DNA from: a virus
Direction: 5' to 3' (one strand)
IMG/VR virus record: IMGVR_UViG_3300032046_005540
Coordinates: 1-64,000 of that record
Length of the DNA stretch: 64,000 bases
The position numbers and the translations under genes are program-made. This document shows, piece after piece, positions 26,486 through 37,929 of the stretch. The notes below the pieces were generated by a model that was not told where the DNA came from, ran no database searches, and was given only the letters and a program-made list of their open reading frames with translations. Position 1 is the first letter of the stretch. Each line of letters starts with the position of its first letter.

Positions 26486-27428
26486 TTTTCTTCTCTCTCC
26501 TTTCCAATTCATCCTTTTCTAAAGGTTTATAAGTTATACATACTGGTTTTCCATCAATTTCTTTTACCATCATGTGAAAACAAGTGCATTTATCTTTTCT
26601 AATGTGTTTATATCTACATGTTTTTATTTCACATAAAGCTGATGCCATAATTACTATTCCTTTTTTATCCCAGGTGTGGGAGCTCTTACCTTGGTTCTAA
26701 TTATTTAGAATTACAAGACGAGCTCCCAACACTTTCTACTGGGTTTAATTTATATTGGTTCAACTTCACCACCACACTCACATCTACCGGGATGACAAAG
26801 ATGATATATAAGCCCACATTTTAAACATTTATATTCTAAAAATGCTGTTGCAGTAGGTTTTGAAAACCTTGCTGCTATATCAACGCCCATATATGCGGCG
26901 TTATTTAGTATTTGTAGTCTTTCCTTAAGATGTTGAAACTTAAAATTTTTCACTTTCTTCATTTTCTCTTTACAACTATCACACCAAAAGGTGTATGGAA
27001 TTTCACCTTCACACTCTTTTATTTGATCTTGGAGTATTTCTGTGCGTCTTAAAAGAGTTTCATTACTTATTGGAAATAATAATTTAGTTTTTTCCATTAG
27101 AAACCTTTAATTGTTTACCTCTTTTATGGAGCTCACTGTATTAGTAACAGTGAGCTCCTACTGGCAGTGGAAGATTTGTTCTTTACTCAGTTAACTTATA
27201 AACTCCTGGGCTTACTTTTGTTGCTTTCAACCGCTTTATAGCGTTGAACAAATATGGTTTTGCTTCGTTCGGAAAACCCATATCTTTCGCAATCTGAGAA
27301 ACGGGAGTTTCTTTCTTCAAAGCCTCTCTCAACTTCTCCATATCAACACTATACTTCGGAGTTCTAACTGGCTTCTTTTCTTGCGATTTCTTTGATACCG
27401 GTCTTACTTGCAATTTCTTTGATGTCAT
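26460..27428 (-). CDS. Three small proteins: Cys-rich (26460-26648), Zn-ribbon (26750-27097) and basic HTH-like (27183-27428)
   Basis: CxxC motifs; PVSQIAKDMGF helix-turn-helix-like segment. Confidence 0.5.
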
Positions 27429-27462
27429 CTTTTTTCACCTCCTTAAATTTTAGCTTTTATTT

Positions 27463-27705
27463 TTACTTTTCATCGGTATACAATAAATCAGAACCACAAT
27501 TTTTACACTTAGTTGCTCCTTTAATAACTACTCCTTTACAAAATGGACATCTTGGACCATTGTTTGGACCAAGGGCAACAATCAACCAACCTAAAGGGCC
27601 TAAAAGGATTCCCATAAACATACCCCAAACAATTCTATTCTTACTTGTCCCAATCAAATTACCAACGAACCCACCGACAATAACTAAAAATAAATATACA
27701 AACAT
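27463..27705 (-). CDS. Membrane protein with C-terminal double-CxxC zinc ribbon
   Basis: Gly-rich TM helices (G.LLGPLGWLI) followed by CPFC...ATKCKNCGS. Confidence 0.7.
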   Translation of the reverse strand: MFVYLFLVIVGGFVGNLIGTSKNRIVWGMFMGILLGPLGWLIVALGPNNGPRCPFCKGVVIKGATKCKNCGSDLLYTDEK

Positions 27706-27761
27706 TTTATACCTCCTTATTTATCATTATTATATTATACACAATTAAATGACAAAAGGTT

Positions 27762-28280
27762 CTAAAAATCTTTACAAATACTCATGTTTTTCTTTTCTCC
27801 AAATTGGCAAATCAAAGATTCTAAACTTTTAGATCTAAATTCACCAACATATTTTTCTAAATAATAAACAGACATTCCAACAATTTTTAAAAGATCATAA
27901 CCTTTAGCAAAAGCCCTTTTCTCACCTTCCCACCTTATTCTTTTATCAAAGGAGTTGTTCAAATACCTTTTATCATAACCTCCCTCTAAAAAATCCAAAA
28001 TATGTCCTAACTCATGGGCAATTACAAATGTGTTATATTCTTTATTTTTACGTTTTCTCACTGCAATATAATCTATATACATCTCTTTATTGATCGTAAA
28101 AAACCCTACAAAGCCATCATAATTTTGTTCATTCTTAATAGGAAGTCCTTTTGAAAATTCATATATATTAATAGTAATTGGAATTTTCCATCTTTTTTGT
28201 AGTTGGGCTTCAACAAATACTATCATCTTATTTTGTATTAAATCCCAATTTGGAATATTTCTCTTTTTTTTCTTTTTCAT
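27762..28280 (-). CDS. HExxH zinc metallopeptidase-like protein (ImmA/IrrE-like)
   Basis: FVIAHELGHI...E.RA. Confidence 0.6.
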   Translation of the reverse strand: MKKKKKRNIPNWDLIQNKMIVFVEAQLQKRWKIPITINIYEFSKGLPIKNEQNYDGFVGFFTINKEMYIDYIAVRKRKNKEYNTFVIAHELGHILDFLEGGYDKRYLNNSFDKRIRWEGEKRAFAKGYDLLKIVGMSVYYLEKYVGEFRSKSLESLICQFGEKKNMSICKDF

Positions 28281-28298
28281 GAATAATTAATTATTTTC

Positions 28299-28977
28299 CT
28301 AAATATTACTTCTTAATACCTTTATAGAATCATGAATTAATTGACACACTCTTTTTCCATTAATATAACCCCAAATATATTCCATTTGTAATTCGCACGT
28401 TACATCTTTATATTGGCAAATACTTTTCACAATTTGAGAATTACTTCCATTTCCAATAAATCCGTTTTTTCCATTTATCATTTTATCTTTTCCTTTTTAT
28501 TCATATATTCACTTTCAACTTTCACCTCAGGATATGTCAAAGCCTTCTTAACCAACTTTAATTCTTTAGGAGTTATAGGTTTAATGATCTGCTTTTTCAA
28601 ATCATAAATAAATATAGTATTTGACGATTTACCATAAGTAACTAAATAATTATCCTCTCTAAATAATTCATCTCCTAATATAAACATTTCAGTTATACCT
28701 TTTTCCATAATTATTCCCTCTTCTATTTTAATATTCTTGTTTTTCTTCGCCCAAAATCATAAATCCCTATTTTCTTAGCATTATTTCTTCGTATCCATTG
28801 TCTAAAACTTTTTTCAGTTACTTCAAAAGTATCTGCTCCTATATTGGAATATTGCAAATACCATTTTTTCCTATGCAAACTCCACCATCTGTTGTTAACA
28901 AGACGAACATCTAAAGTTGAAGGTTTTTGCCAAATAGTCCCGCGTTCGTTAGAAAGATCATAAAGTTTAAATCTCAT
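28299..28977 (-). CDS. Three small hypothetical proteins
   Basis: ORF track (28299-28481, 28478-28708, 28723-28977). Confidence 0.4.
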
Positions 28978-28990
28978 TTTATTTTTCTCC

Positions 28991-29485
28991 TTAATTTTTC
29001 AATATAAAAACCTTAACTGTTTTCTTTCCAAAATTTCGAGCTTCTTGAATAGTTTTAAAACAAATATCTATTTTTAAACCATTTATTTTACTTCCTGTAT
29101 CAGTTACCATTCCTAAACCTAAACTATCCATATAAACAATACTTCCAAGTTTTAAAATTTTTGGATCTGCCGCTATAGTAAAAACATCTAAATCTCCGAC
29201 TTTCAAGAATCCTTTTCCAACTACACATTCTCCGCTTTTTGTTAAAGATGAATATGGAGCTCCCATAGCATAACCGGTTGCTTCCATATTTAATACCATC
29301 CCATTTTCAACTGAAAGTTGTATTGACAAATCTTTTTTCTGTAACTCTTTCATTGCTTTCAAATTTATATATGTTGCAAAAAACATTACAACTATAACAC
29401 TAATTAATAATGTATTTATTATTTGCTTTCCTGTTTTCTTCAAAGTTTCATTCATTATTTTCTCCTTAAGTATGTTCTTATACAT
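28991..29485 (-). CDS. 3D-domain (MltA-like) cell-wall protein with N-terminal TM anchor (start probably ~29455)
   Basis: ATGY...T.SG...IAADPKILKLGS.VY...DTGSKING.KIDI.F....A..FGKK. Confidence 0.8.
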   Translation of the reverse strand: MYKNILKEKIMNETLKKTGKQIINTLLISVIVVMFFATYINLKAMKELQKKDLSIQLSVENGMVLNMEATGYAMGAPYSSLTKSGECVVGKGFLKVGDLDVFTIAADPKILKLGSIVYMDSLGLGMVTDTGSKINGLKIDICFKTIQEARNFGKKTVKVFILKN

Positions 29486-29910
29486 TCTTTTCTACAAATT
29501 TCAAAATCCTTTCGAAATGATAGATCTTTCCAAAATTCAGTTCTTTGTAATTCTTTTTTAGCCCACCACCATGCTCTTATCTCTTCTAAACTACAAATTA
29601 ACTTTCTCCAATATGCCCAAGGCCTACGATAAAACCAATAGAAAAAAGGTCTTGTAAAAGAATATTTTAACAAGGAGCAATGCCCAAGTTCATGATACAA
29701 CACAAACACTCTTAATTGAAGATAACCAGGGATTAGTTTTATGAAATACCTTCCATCTTCATTTAAAACAACTCCATTTTCTAAACCGTAAGATACAGGT
29801 ATTGAACACGAACCTATTTTTGTAGATAAAAAGTCTTCATAAAGCATGATTACCTCTATAAGTTTCAAATAACTTCTGAAATCTTGACATTCACATTTGC
29901 CCCAACCCAA
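29455..29910 (-). CDS. HExxH metallopeptidase-like protein
   Basis: FVLYHELGHC...EEIRAW; true start probably MLYED at ~29847. Confidence 0.55.
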   Translation of the reverse strand: MGWGKCECQDFRSYLKLIEVIMLYEDFLSTKIGSCSIPVSYGLENGVVLNEDGRYFIKLIPGYLQLRVFVLYHELGHCSLLKYSFTRPFFYWFYRRPWAYWRKLICSLEEIRAWWWAKKELQRTEFWKDLSFRKDFEICRKECIRTYLRRK

Positions 29911-30924
29911 ACTTCAACATGTTTACCATTCAGATCCCAAATGCTTTGAAATATATAAAATATTCCAACAACAGAACTCTTTTCTATAAAATAAAAAGTA
30001 TCTTTTCTTCCTATATAAACTATATCTTTAATAACTATTGGATCTCCATAAACAATATTATATTTTGATCCAAGCTTTAGTTGAGACCTCTCAATGTATC
30101 CTCTAATACATTCTCCTTTAATTCTTTCAATTTTAGCTTTATTTAAATCTCCAGAATAAAAAATTCCTACATATGGAGGGCAACCGTCTCTATCTGGTAG
30201 GAGAACAGGAACAAATTCCCATTTCTCTTTAGATTTAAAAATCTTTTTCCACCATTTCTTTTTTAGAGGTCTTTCATAAGAATTTTTTAATGTATAAAAT
30301 TTACTCATTTTACCTCCTTATAAAATGTTTTTCTTCATTCCTGAGCAAATATACTCTTTTTAAAAGAACACCTCATATTCTGGTTTGACAAATGGTTGTC
30401 TCCTGGTTTTCAACCACAAGGACGGAGGAAACTCTTTCATCTTTTGGTTGCCGTGGACATTCCTTCAATAAAATACCCTTGCACAAGCTACAAACATATT
30501 TGAGGTGTCCAAATTCGGTAAGCTTTGATTTCCTTTGAACGAAAGAGTTACAACATTTTAAATCAAGTCTTTTAATTAGGTTGTCAAATTTAGTAAAAGC
30601 TCTAACACCTTTTGTTTTTTCTTTTTTACAAATTACACATCTTCTTGTTACTTTCATTTTATGTTCTCCTTCAATCAGATAATATTTTATCGCCCTTAAA
30701 ATAAATCTTTTCTCCTTCCTTCATTAAATCATGACCGTAGACAAACAAAGCTCTTGCAGTTCCTTGCACCTTAAAGTCATATTAGCATCAGGATACCTCG
30801 CCAGCTCCTCATTTATTTCCGCTCGCATCACATAAGCAGTAGCAAGAGCCTTAAGCCCATCCGCTCTTCTCCTATCTCCTGCTGCTCTCAATCTTAATGC
30901 TTCTTTTTCCTTTTTCTCATCCAT
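29865..30924 (-). CDS. Three hypothetical proteins (29865-30308, 30373-30657 Zn-finger-like, 30724-30924)
   Basis: ORF track; GGAG RBSs on the first two. Confidence 0.45.
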
Positions 30925-30947
30925 CTTAATCTTCTTTTAAGTGGGCG

Positions 30948-31021
30948 AAGGAGTGGAAGGATTCTAACCTTCATCTTCTTAGGTATCATTCCTAAGATGT
31001 TCTTCTTTAAACTACACTCCC
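30948..31021 (-). ncRNA. tRNA-like RNA with a non-canonical anticodon arm
   Basis: GGGAGTG/CACTCCT acceptor, GTTT/GAAC D stem, 7-bp TCTTAGG-aatgata-CCTAAGA arm, GAAGG-ttagaat-CCTTC T arm; class-I promoter about 10 nt upstream. Confidence 0.55.
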
Positions 31022-31697
31022 GCTTTAGATATATTATACACAATTATATCTGATGAGGAGTTCAAAATTTTCTTTTGTTTAATTCACACCAATCATACCT
31101 TTTTTCAATAGTTCATAAATTACTTTATAATCTTCCCAAGTCCCACTTCCAGTGCTAATCGTATGAACCTTATCATTTTTGGTTGTTTCGAAAAACCAAA
31201 ATCTTGCTGGCCAAGATCAAACTTCTTAGATCTTGAGTATCCTATTTAGTTGAGTTTTTAATTTTCATTTTTATCTCTTCTTTAACTGTTTACAAAAACT
31301 TCAATCTTCGACTTCATACATATTGAAACTTAGCAACTCAGTTTCTCCAGAGGGGGTCAATATCTTTTATTAAAGTTTCTATCTCTTTCTTAAATTCCTC
31401 TTTTCCAAAGTCAGGTGTTTCAATTGTAAATTCTACTTTGACTTTCATTTCGACTTCTCCTTATTTTATGTTCAATATATTATACACAAATTTTTTCCAC
31501 AGGTGCCGGAATTCTTAAAAATTTTGTATTCGTATTAAAAGACGGTTTGGTAGGGGATTCTTATCCTACCCCTGTAAAATTCAAACCCCACTATTTTAAG
31601 CTTATATTTAAAGCTTCTACTCTATACCTCCTATTTAACTACCAAATACCCCACCGGTTTATTCTAATGCTTCATACTACTTCTTTCTATCTATACT

Positions 31698-32542
31698 TTA
31701 GGAGGTCCAATAATCCATTGGGTTATCGTCTTCCTCATTTCTTTGCAACTCTTCTTCTTTTATATCCTTAATACTTTGTAATGTTTCTTGTTCTGCTATC
31801 TCTAATCTTAATACATCTGCTCTTGCTTGTTCTAATTCTTTTTGGATTAGTTCTAATTCTTTAATTTCATCTTTTAGGGTAAGCATTTACTCTCCTTTAT
31901 TTTATAAGATTCTTTGCTTGCTTTCCTCCAACTCCTAATCCTCTCAATCTTTCTCTTCTTCTGTTTTTCTTATCAACAAAGTATCCTATATAAATAAATA
32001 TTCCAAAAGATAAAATTACACTAAGTGTAGTTATTAATAGTAATGTGTTATTACTCATTTTTATTCTCCTTCTTTCTCTATTTCATATTACCTTCTAACT
32101 CATAATCTAATTCAACTTCAATTTTGCATTTCATTTCTTTCTCCTTTTTGGTTTTTATCATTAATATATTATACACAAAAAGAAGGAAAGAGGTGTCACT
32201 TATTTTTATATATTTTGCTTACCTCCTACGCCACGTTTATATTTTCGTTGCTCACATATCCGTTTTCTTTCTGATAAAAAAACAATTATACCTACAATAC
32301 CTATAAAAAGTATAAACCCTCCTACCATTAAATCTTCTATTAATTTAACCATTTTTCTTTTCCTCCCACAATTCTAATTGTTCTTCATCACCAAACTCTT
32401 TATTTAAAGAGTAACATATTTGTTTAGCTTCTCCTTCACTAAAACACATATTACTTGAAAAATAAAGGTCTCCAAACTTACAACGAATTTCAAATGGATA
32501 ATTAGGATCGTTGTTTGTTTGAATAACTTCAAATTTAGTCAT
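31698..32542 (-). CDS. Several very small early-type proteins (incl. 31698-31886, 32345-32542)
   Basis: Short ORFs, most with AGGAG-like RBSs, behind class-I promoters. Confidence 0.4.
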
Positions 32543-32901
32543 TTATTTTCTTCTTTTATTCTTTAGTAGGTTCAAGAATATCTGCTGGAAAAGATAAAGG
32601 GAAACTAATATAAACTTTACCTTCTTTTAAATTAACAAAGTCTATCCACGCTTTACATCCAGCAAACATTCCTTGCGTTATTTCAACTAACATATATTTT
32701 TTACAATCTTCAATTTTCATATTTTCTACTTTCCTTTCAAAGGTCTTCTTTTTATTTTAGTTCCTGTAAAAAGATAACTTAAAACTTTCTCTCTTATCTT
32801 TATTATACACTCCTCACAAAGCTTACGTGCTTCTATAACTTTAACTTTTTTGTTCTTTCCCAAACAACAAGTGCAATTACCAATTCTAATGTTACTCATT
32901 T

Positions 32902-33249
32902 TTACCTTATAATATTTTTTACTTTTTGCCCATTAGCATAAAGCTCTTTTGGATATGCTTTCTTCCTTTCAATTTCTAATCCCCACAATGCTAATGCTTC
33001 GTCTTCTACCTTACGAAACATCCAACTGTGCCCACATCCTAATCCTGTTATATGATGACAAGCTTCATGCACTGCATAATAAATACGATAGTTTTCATCA
33101 TACTCTTCTAACCATTGGGGCAATGTAATATAACTACGTCCTGCGCTACCACAACTTCTAACTTTTATTTTTAAAACAATGTTACTTAAATCAATTCTAA
33201 AATGTTCTGCAGTGAGGTCTATTATAGTTCGATAGTCTTGGATAGTCAT
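32902..33249 (-). CDS. SprT/YgjP-like HExxH metallopeptidase
   Basis: GSAG..YITLP...YYAVHEACHH...GHSWMF. Confidence 0.65.
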   Translation of the reverse strand: MTIQDYRTIIDLTAEHFRIDLSNIVLKIKVRSCGSAGRSYITLPQWLEEYDENYRIYYAVHEACHHITGLGCGHSWMFRKVEDEALALWGLEIERKKAYPKELYANGQKVKNIIR

Positions 33250-33746
33250 TGTTTATCCTTTAATGTTTTTGCAAACTCTACTACTTTCTTTACTTGCTCT
33301 TCGTTTAAACTCCAAATGTTAACTTCAAAACAGTTACCGGATCCTTTTATATTTATATGTTCTGTATCTCCTTTAAGCTCGGTAATCAGGTTTTTGTTTT
33401 CTTCTCTTTCTTTATCTATTCTTTTTCGTTTAGCTTCAAACTCTAAAGCTAACTTCTTTACTTCTTCATACTTAGCTTTTATTTTGTCAAGATCTATTTC
33501 CCACCTTCTTTCACCTTTAATGAAAACAACCCTTACCCTTCGATGAACAGTTTTGTAATTTTCATCACAAGTTTCTATTGAAATACCTCCAAAAGTAGTA
33601 TGCCAATCCTTTGTTCGTAGCAAATCAAGCCTTACTCCTGTTACATCTGCTTTCTCTTCCCCACAGATGACTTTCGATATCTTCTCTACTACATCCCAAG
33701 GATGTTCTTTTACTTCTTCTGGAGTTAATTTCATTATGTTTGGCAT
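33246..33746 (-). CDS. Hypothetical protein
   Basis: 166-aa ORF with AGGAG RBS. Confidence 0.55.
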   Translation of the reverse strand: MPNIMKLTPEEVKEHPWDVVEKISKVICGEEKADVTGVRLDLLRTKDWHTTFGGISIETCDENYKTVHRRVRVVFIKGERRWEIDLDKIKAKYEEVKKLALEFEAKRKRIDKEREENKNLITELKGDTEHINIKGSGNCFEVNIWSLNEEQVKKVVEFAKTLKDKQ

Positions 33747-34209
33747 TGAAGGGCTCCTTTACTTATAATAAAGACTATCAGCTTTTTCTTCAACACATTT
33801 ACCATTTCTATAAACTTCTATTTTATAATGAGTGCTATTACATTTACCACACTCATAAGAACCTATTTCAAGCTCATCTCCTTCTTCAACTTCTATCTCC
33901 ATATTGTTGATCTTAATCTTCATTTCAACTTCTCCTTATTTCATTGTTCTCTATATTATACACAATTAAGTGACAAGAGGAGTTTTTTTTATTTACCACG
34001 GAAAGTCACCGGTGTTTTCTTTTGGAACATTTTGATCTTCATTCTGATCTACATCTTGTTTGGCTCTTTCTTTAATCTTATTCCAACAATCTTCACAATA
34101 TATTTTACCACCCACTGCTTCTTTTTTACATTCTGCTGATATACATTTCATTTAAACACTCCTTCTTTTATATTCTAATCTATTATACACAGAAGAACAG
34201 AGGCTGGTG

Positions 34210-34443
34210 TCACTTATTTAAACACTTTTGCCAATATAATGAACAAGGTCTTCTATTCGAATATTCTGGATCTTCCCAACCATCTTTTACCTTATAACCA
34301 TACTTTATCAACTGTTTACAGTTACAACAAAGTTTATATGCTTCTTTCGTTGATACCCCTAATTTCTTACCTATTTCCTTTGTGTTCAGAGTATCTCCTA
34401 AATTAAAAAGACTTAATAATTCTTTTTCTTTATTGTTCTTCAT
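34210..34443 (-). CDS. Small HTH DNA-binding protein
   Basis: LNTKEIGKKLGVSTKEAY; has its own class-I promoter. Confidence 0.5.
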   Translation of the reverse strand: MKNNKEKELLSLFNLGDTLNTKEIGKKLGVSTKEAYKLCCNCKQLIKYGYKVKDGWEDPEYSNRRPCSLYWQKCLNK

Positions 34444-34920
34444 TTAGTGCCTCTTCTTTTGCATTCTAATATATTATACACAGAAAAAATGAGTTAGTTG
34501 GAAATAATTTGTTTTTTCTGTTCTGAACATTTCTATTCAAAAAGTTTTCTTTCGTGCTCTAAAAAAATTTTGAAATAACTGTTTGGCCTTTCCTCCAGAT
34601 CCCCACCTAATTTTATCCAGTTTCTGTAGCTTTTACCCAAAATTATTTATACCTACAAAGCCACTATTACCAACACTTTCTCATTTGTCAACATAAATGT
34701 CAAATAAACCAATGACAAAAACTGTTACTTCTCTATATCTAAACTCTTTGAATCCAAACAAAGTTAACTACTAAATAAACCCATCTATATAAAAATAGGA
34801 CAAATTAATGTCCTAAGTCAAATTAGTATACAAAATTGTTCAAATCTATTCTTTTACTTTCTTTCTATCTCTTCTTTTCTATTCAAAGAAAATATATATT
34901 TAGAGAGATTGGAAAATATT

Positions 34921-36493
34921 TTATTTCCAATTAAGCATTTGATATTTTTCTAAAAGTTTATTAGTAGCTTCTTTCTCTCTTGTTTCCTCTTCTATTCGTA
35001 ACTTATTATACCTTTTATAACATTCAGCTATTCTCTTTTGTGCTCTTCTTTCTTCTTCTAACCATCCTTTGAGTGTTTTTTGAACTTTAGTTTGTTCTTT
35101 TATAATCTCCTTTATTGATCTCATTTGTTCTCCTTAACTATTTGTTTTCTTCTTTTATTGGAAAATATTTTGTTATTACATAAAGAAAGATTTTTCATTT
35201 AATCATCTAAAACCCATTTAAGAACTTCTTCTACACCATAAAGGGTGTTCAGAGTACTTTTATTATCCCATTCATTATCTTTTTCTTTAATTTTCACTTC
35301 TACTTTTTTTAACTCTTTTCTAATTTCTTCTTCTGTTTTCATTATTTATTTCTCCTTTTTTATATTACTTCTTTAATTACCATTACATTATCACTAAAAT
35401 TTTGTGTAACCTCTATAATTTTAATATCATCTAAAGTTTCTCCCTTCGCAATAGAATCAAAATATTTTTGAGCTAATTCCAGCACTTTAGGATATACTTT
35501 ATCAAAAGTTAGTTTTAATAATTTAGGATGAATTACTTCTTCTTCAACATAAAATTCAAATCCTAATTCTTCTAATTTCTTACAAAACTTACTCATTATT
35601 TCCTCCCTTATAATGGGCATATAAATCTCTGTTTTTACGACCAAATTTAGCATCATTTCTTGCTTGTTCTTTATACCCCCCATTCCAAGGCCAAGAATCA
35701 TAATCAGTTTTAAAACTCATTTTGGTCTCCTTTTAGTTTTCTTTGTTTCTTTTTTAACACAATCTGGATCTTTACACCACATTATTTTGTTTGATTTAAA
35801 TCCTCTCTCTTTCCCTGTTTTTATATTTAAAAGACCAAATCTACGAAAACAATATGGACAAATCATTTTTATTCTCCTTTTTCCACTCTTTCTCAGCTTG
35901 ACAAATTGCTGCGCGACTGTAATTTGTATCTAATATAAACATCATTATAAGTTGATTTATAGAAAGTATTTTATCCTCTTTAACCAAAGCGGTTAATTGT
36001 TTCTTAATAGTATCAACTTGATTTTTATAAGCTTCTGTCCCATATTCTGGTCCCATAATTACTCCTTTTCTTCTCTATACTCATCTAAAACTCCACCTTT
36101 CTTTTCTGTAATAAATGACCTATAAACTATTTTTCCACCATAACCTTCTGGAAAAGCAACTGCCGGAGCTTTTGGATAAGTTGCATATTTTTTAAAAGTT
36201 ACAAGTCTTGTATCTTTTTTTGTTTTTACTGGAAATCTTTTTAACAACCATTTTGGAAAATATTGTTGTTTAAACATTTGCCACCAAGATTTGGGATATT
36301 TAAAACAAATTGTTTTTGTTCTATTTTCAACTTCTTCTGCTAATATGTGAGTAGAAAGTTGATAAACCAAAACATCAGCTACATCATTTTTCCAATTTTC
36401 TAATTTTAAATGCATTAAAGCATAACCAGATAAAACTCTTCGTGCAGTTTCTTTTAGTTGAGTTAATACAACTTCATTATATGAATTAGTCAT
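34921..36493 (-). CDS. Cluster of small hypothetical proteins (34921-35124, 35360-~35596, 35841-36056, 36059-36493)
   Basis: ORF track; closely packed with GGAG RBSs. Confidence 0.45.
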
Positions 36494-37010
36494 TTTTCTC
36501 CTTTTCTTCTTTAGGTAACTTTATTTCAAAATGATTATACAAATGGCCATCTATAACTTGAATATTTACAGTAATTGTATAATCTCTATATCCGCTATTA
36601 TATAACAAATCATGCAATCTTTTAAACTCTCCATCTAACAAAAAATCGCATTGAATATACATTTCATGGCCACAAGAATTAACAGTATTAAATCCATTAT
36701 CTCTTAACAATTTCACTAAATCTCTAATAGGTTCTTCAATACATTCTATATACCAATCTACTTCAATCTTTTCGGGTTCTTTTTTAGGTTCTAAGATTTG
36801 TATTCCTTTTTTTATATAATCTTGAAATAGATATTTTTTAATTTTATTTAAATTCTTTACTGCTTCTTCGATAGTTTTTCCATCTCCACAAAAAGCTTTA
36901 TCTCCAAGTTGAAGAATACTTGCTATATATCCTCCTCCAGCATCTTTGGAAAGCTTTCTTATTTCTATAGGATATTTTAAATTTAAATAGTATTTAAGAT
37001 CTTTATTCAT
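36486..37010 (-). CDS. HicB-like N-terminal domain fused to a 'T..SCGH' domain
   Basis: YLNLKYPIEI...GGYIASI.QL...GDGKTIEEAVKNL...I..G..I.EP is a HicB-like pattern; C-terminal half is paralogous to 37930-38328. Confidence 0.65.
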   Translation of the reverse strand: MNKDLKYYLNLKYPIEIRKLSKDAGGGYIASILQLGDKAFCGDGKTIEEAVKNLNKIKKYLFQDYIKKGIQILEPKKEPEKIEVDWYIECIEEPIRDLVKLLRDNGFNTVNSCGHEMYIQCDFLLDGEFKRLHDLLYNSGYRDYTITVNIQVIDGHLYNHFEIKLPKEEKEKND

Positions 37011-37013
37011 TTT

Positions 37014-37926
37014 TTACTCCTTAGGTTTTTCATAAATTCTAGGAAATGAAAGACTCCCTTGCCAAAATTTTAAAGATTTAGTAAATAACTTCTTACTTAT
37101 TCTTATCCACCAGGGCAATTTAATTAAATGAACATTTTCATCTTTAAGAAGTAATCCCATTCGATGTATTTCACATAAACTCATTAATTCATCTCCTTCT
37201 TGAAGTCTTTCACATCTTTCATTTAATTTTACAACCGGAATAATTATCCACCAAGTAATCATTGCTATATATTGATTTAGCCAATATCTAAATCTCCAAT
37301 AACAAGTATTAGGTTTCAAAATTACTTTTAACCTTCTTGGATCAAATTTATACTCAATATAATAACTCATTTCTTCTCCTTCTTTCCTTCTTCCTCTTTT
37401 ATGTCTCGTTTAAAACTTTCCAAAAGAAAATCTAATTCTTTCCTAGTTAAATGAGCATCCTCACATTCTTTAAAAAATTTAATTACTTTACACTTTTTAA
37501 TATGGTTAGCATGAGCTTTTGTTAATTCATCTTTATCTAAACCTTCTATTTTCCAGCCACAAGCAACGCATTCACAAGAATATAAAACTAAAACATCTTT
37601 TCCATTTCTACGTTCAATACCCATTATCTTACTTTCTTCTTTTTTGATTTTTGTTCCGTCGCAATTTTAATATTCTGTAATGTCATCATTTGAGAATGTT
37701 GTTTTTTCTTTTTGTTTCCTTTTACTATATCAAGAGCAACAAATAAAATTACTTCTTCTAACTCAAAATCTTTAATATGATTTACTTCTTTTACTTTACC
37801 TTCACCAATACCTATTTTTTCTTTCTCGCATACTTTGATTATATTATTTTCAAAATCAATACTTTGAACTCCATAAAACTTTTTTTCTTTCTTATGATAT
37901 ACAGAAAACGAAGTATAAGTAAGCAT
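37014..37926 (-). CDS. Three hypothetical proteins (37624-37926 has a YopX-like N-terminus)
   Basis: ORF track; F.VYHKKEKKFY.VQSIDFEN pattern. Confidence 0.4.
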
Positions 37927-37929
37927 TTT

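Larger units (their letters stand above)
27733..34500 (-). promoter_or_regulatory. Repeated class-I (early-type) promoter TGTGTATAATA at 27733, 31032, 31478, 32167, 33954, 34181 and 34472 (also GTGTATAATA at 40234)
   Basis: Plus-strand TATTATACACA recurs in intergenic gaps upstream of minus-strand genes. Confidence 0.75.

Noticed and set aside
31079-31268. Possible frameshifted small gene
   Set aside because: Fragments are too short and have no recognisable homology to call a pseudogene.
32801-32810. TATTATACAC promoter-like match
   Set aside because: Appears to lie inside a small coding region and lacks the flanking consensus; probably chance.
34500-34920. Gene-poor AT-rich stretch as replication origin or genome terminus
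   Set aside because: Only one short palindrome (GGACA-N6-TGTCC) and no iterons; not supportable without skew or read data.
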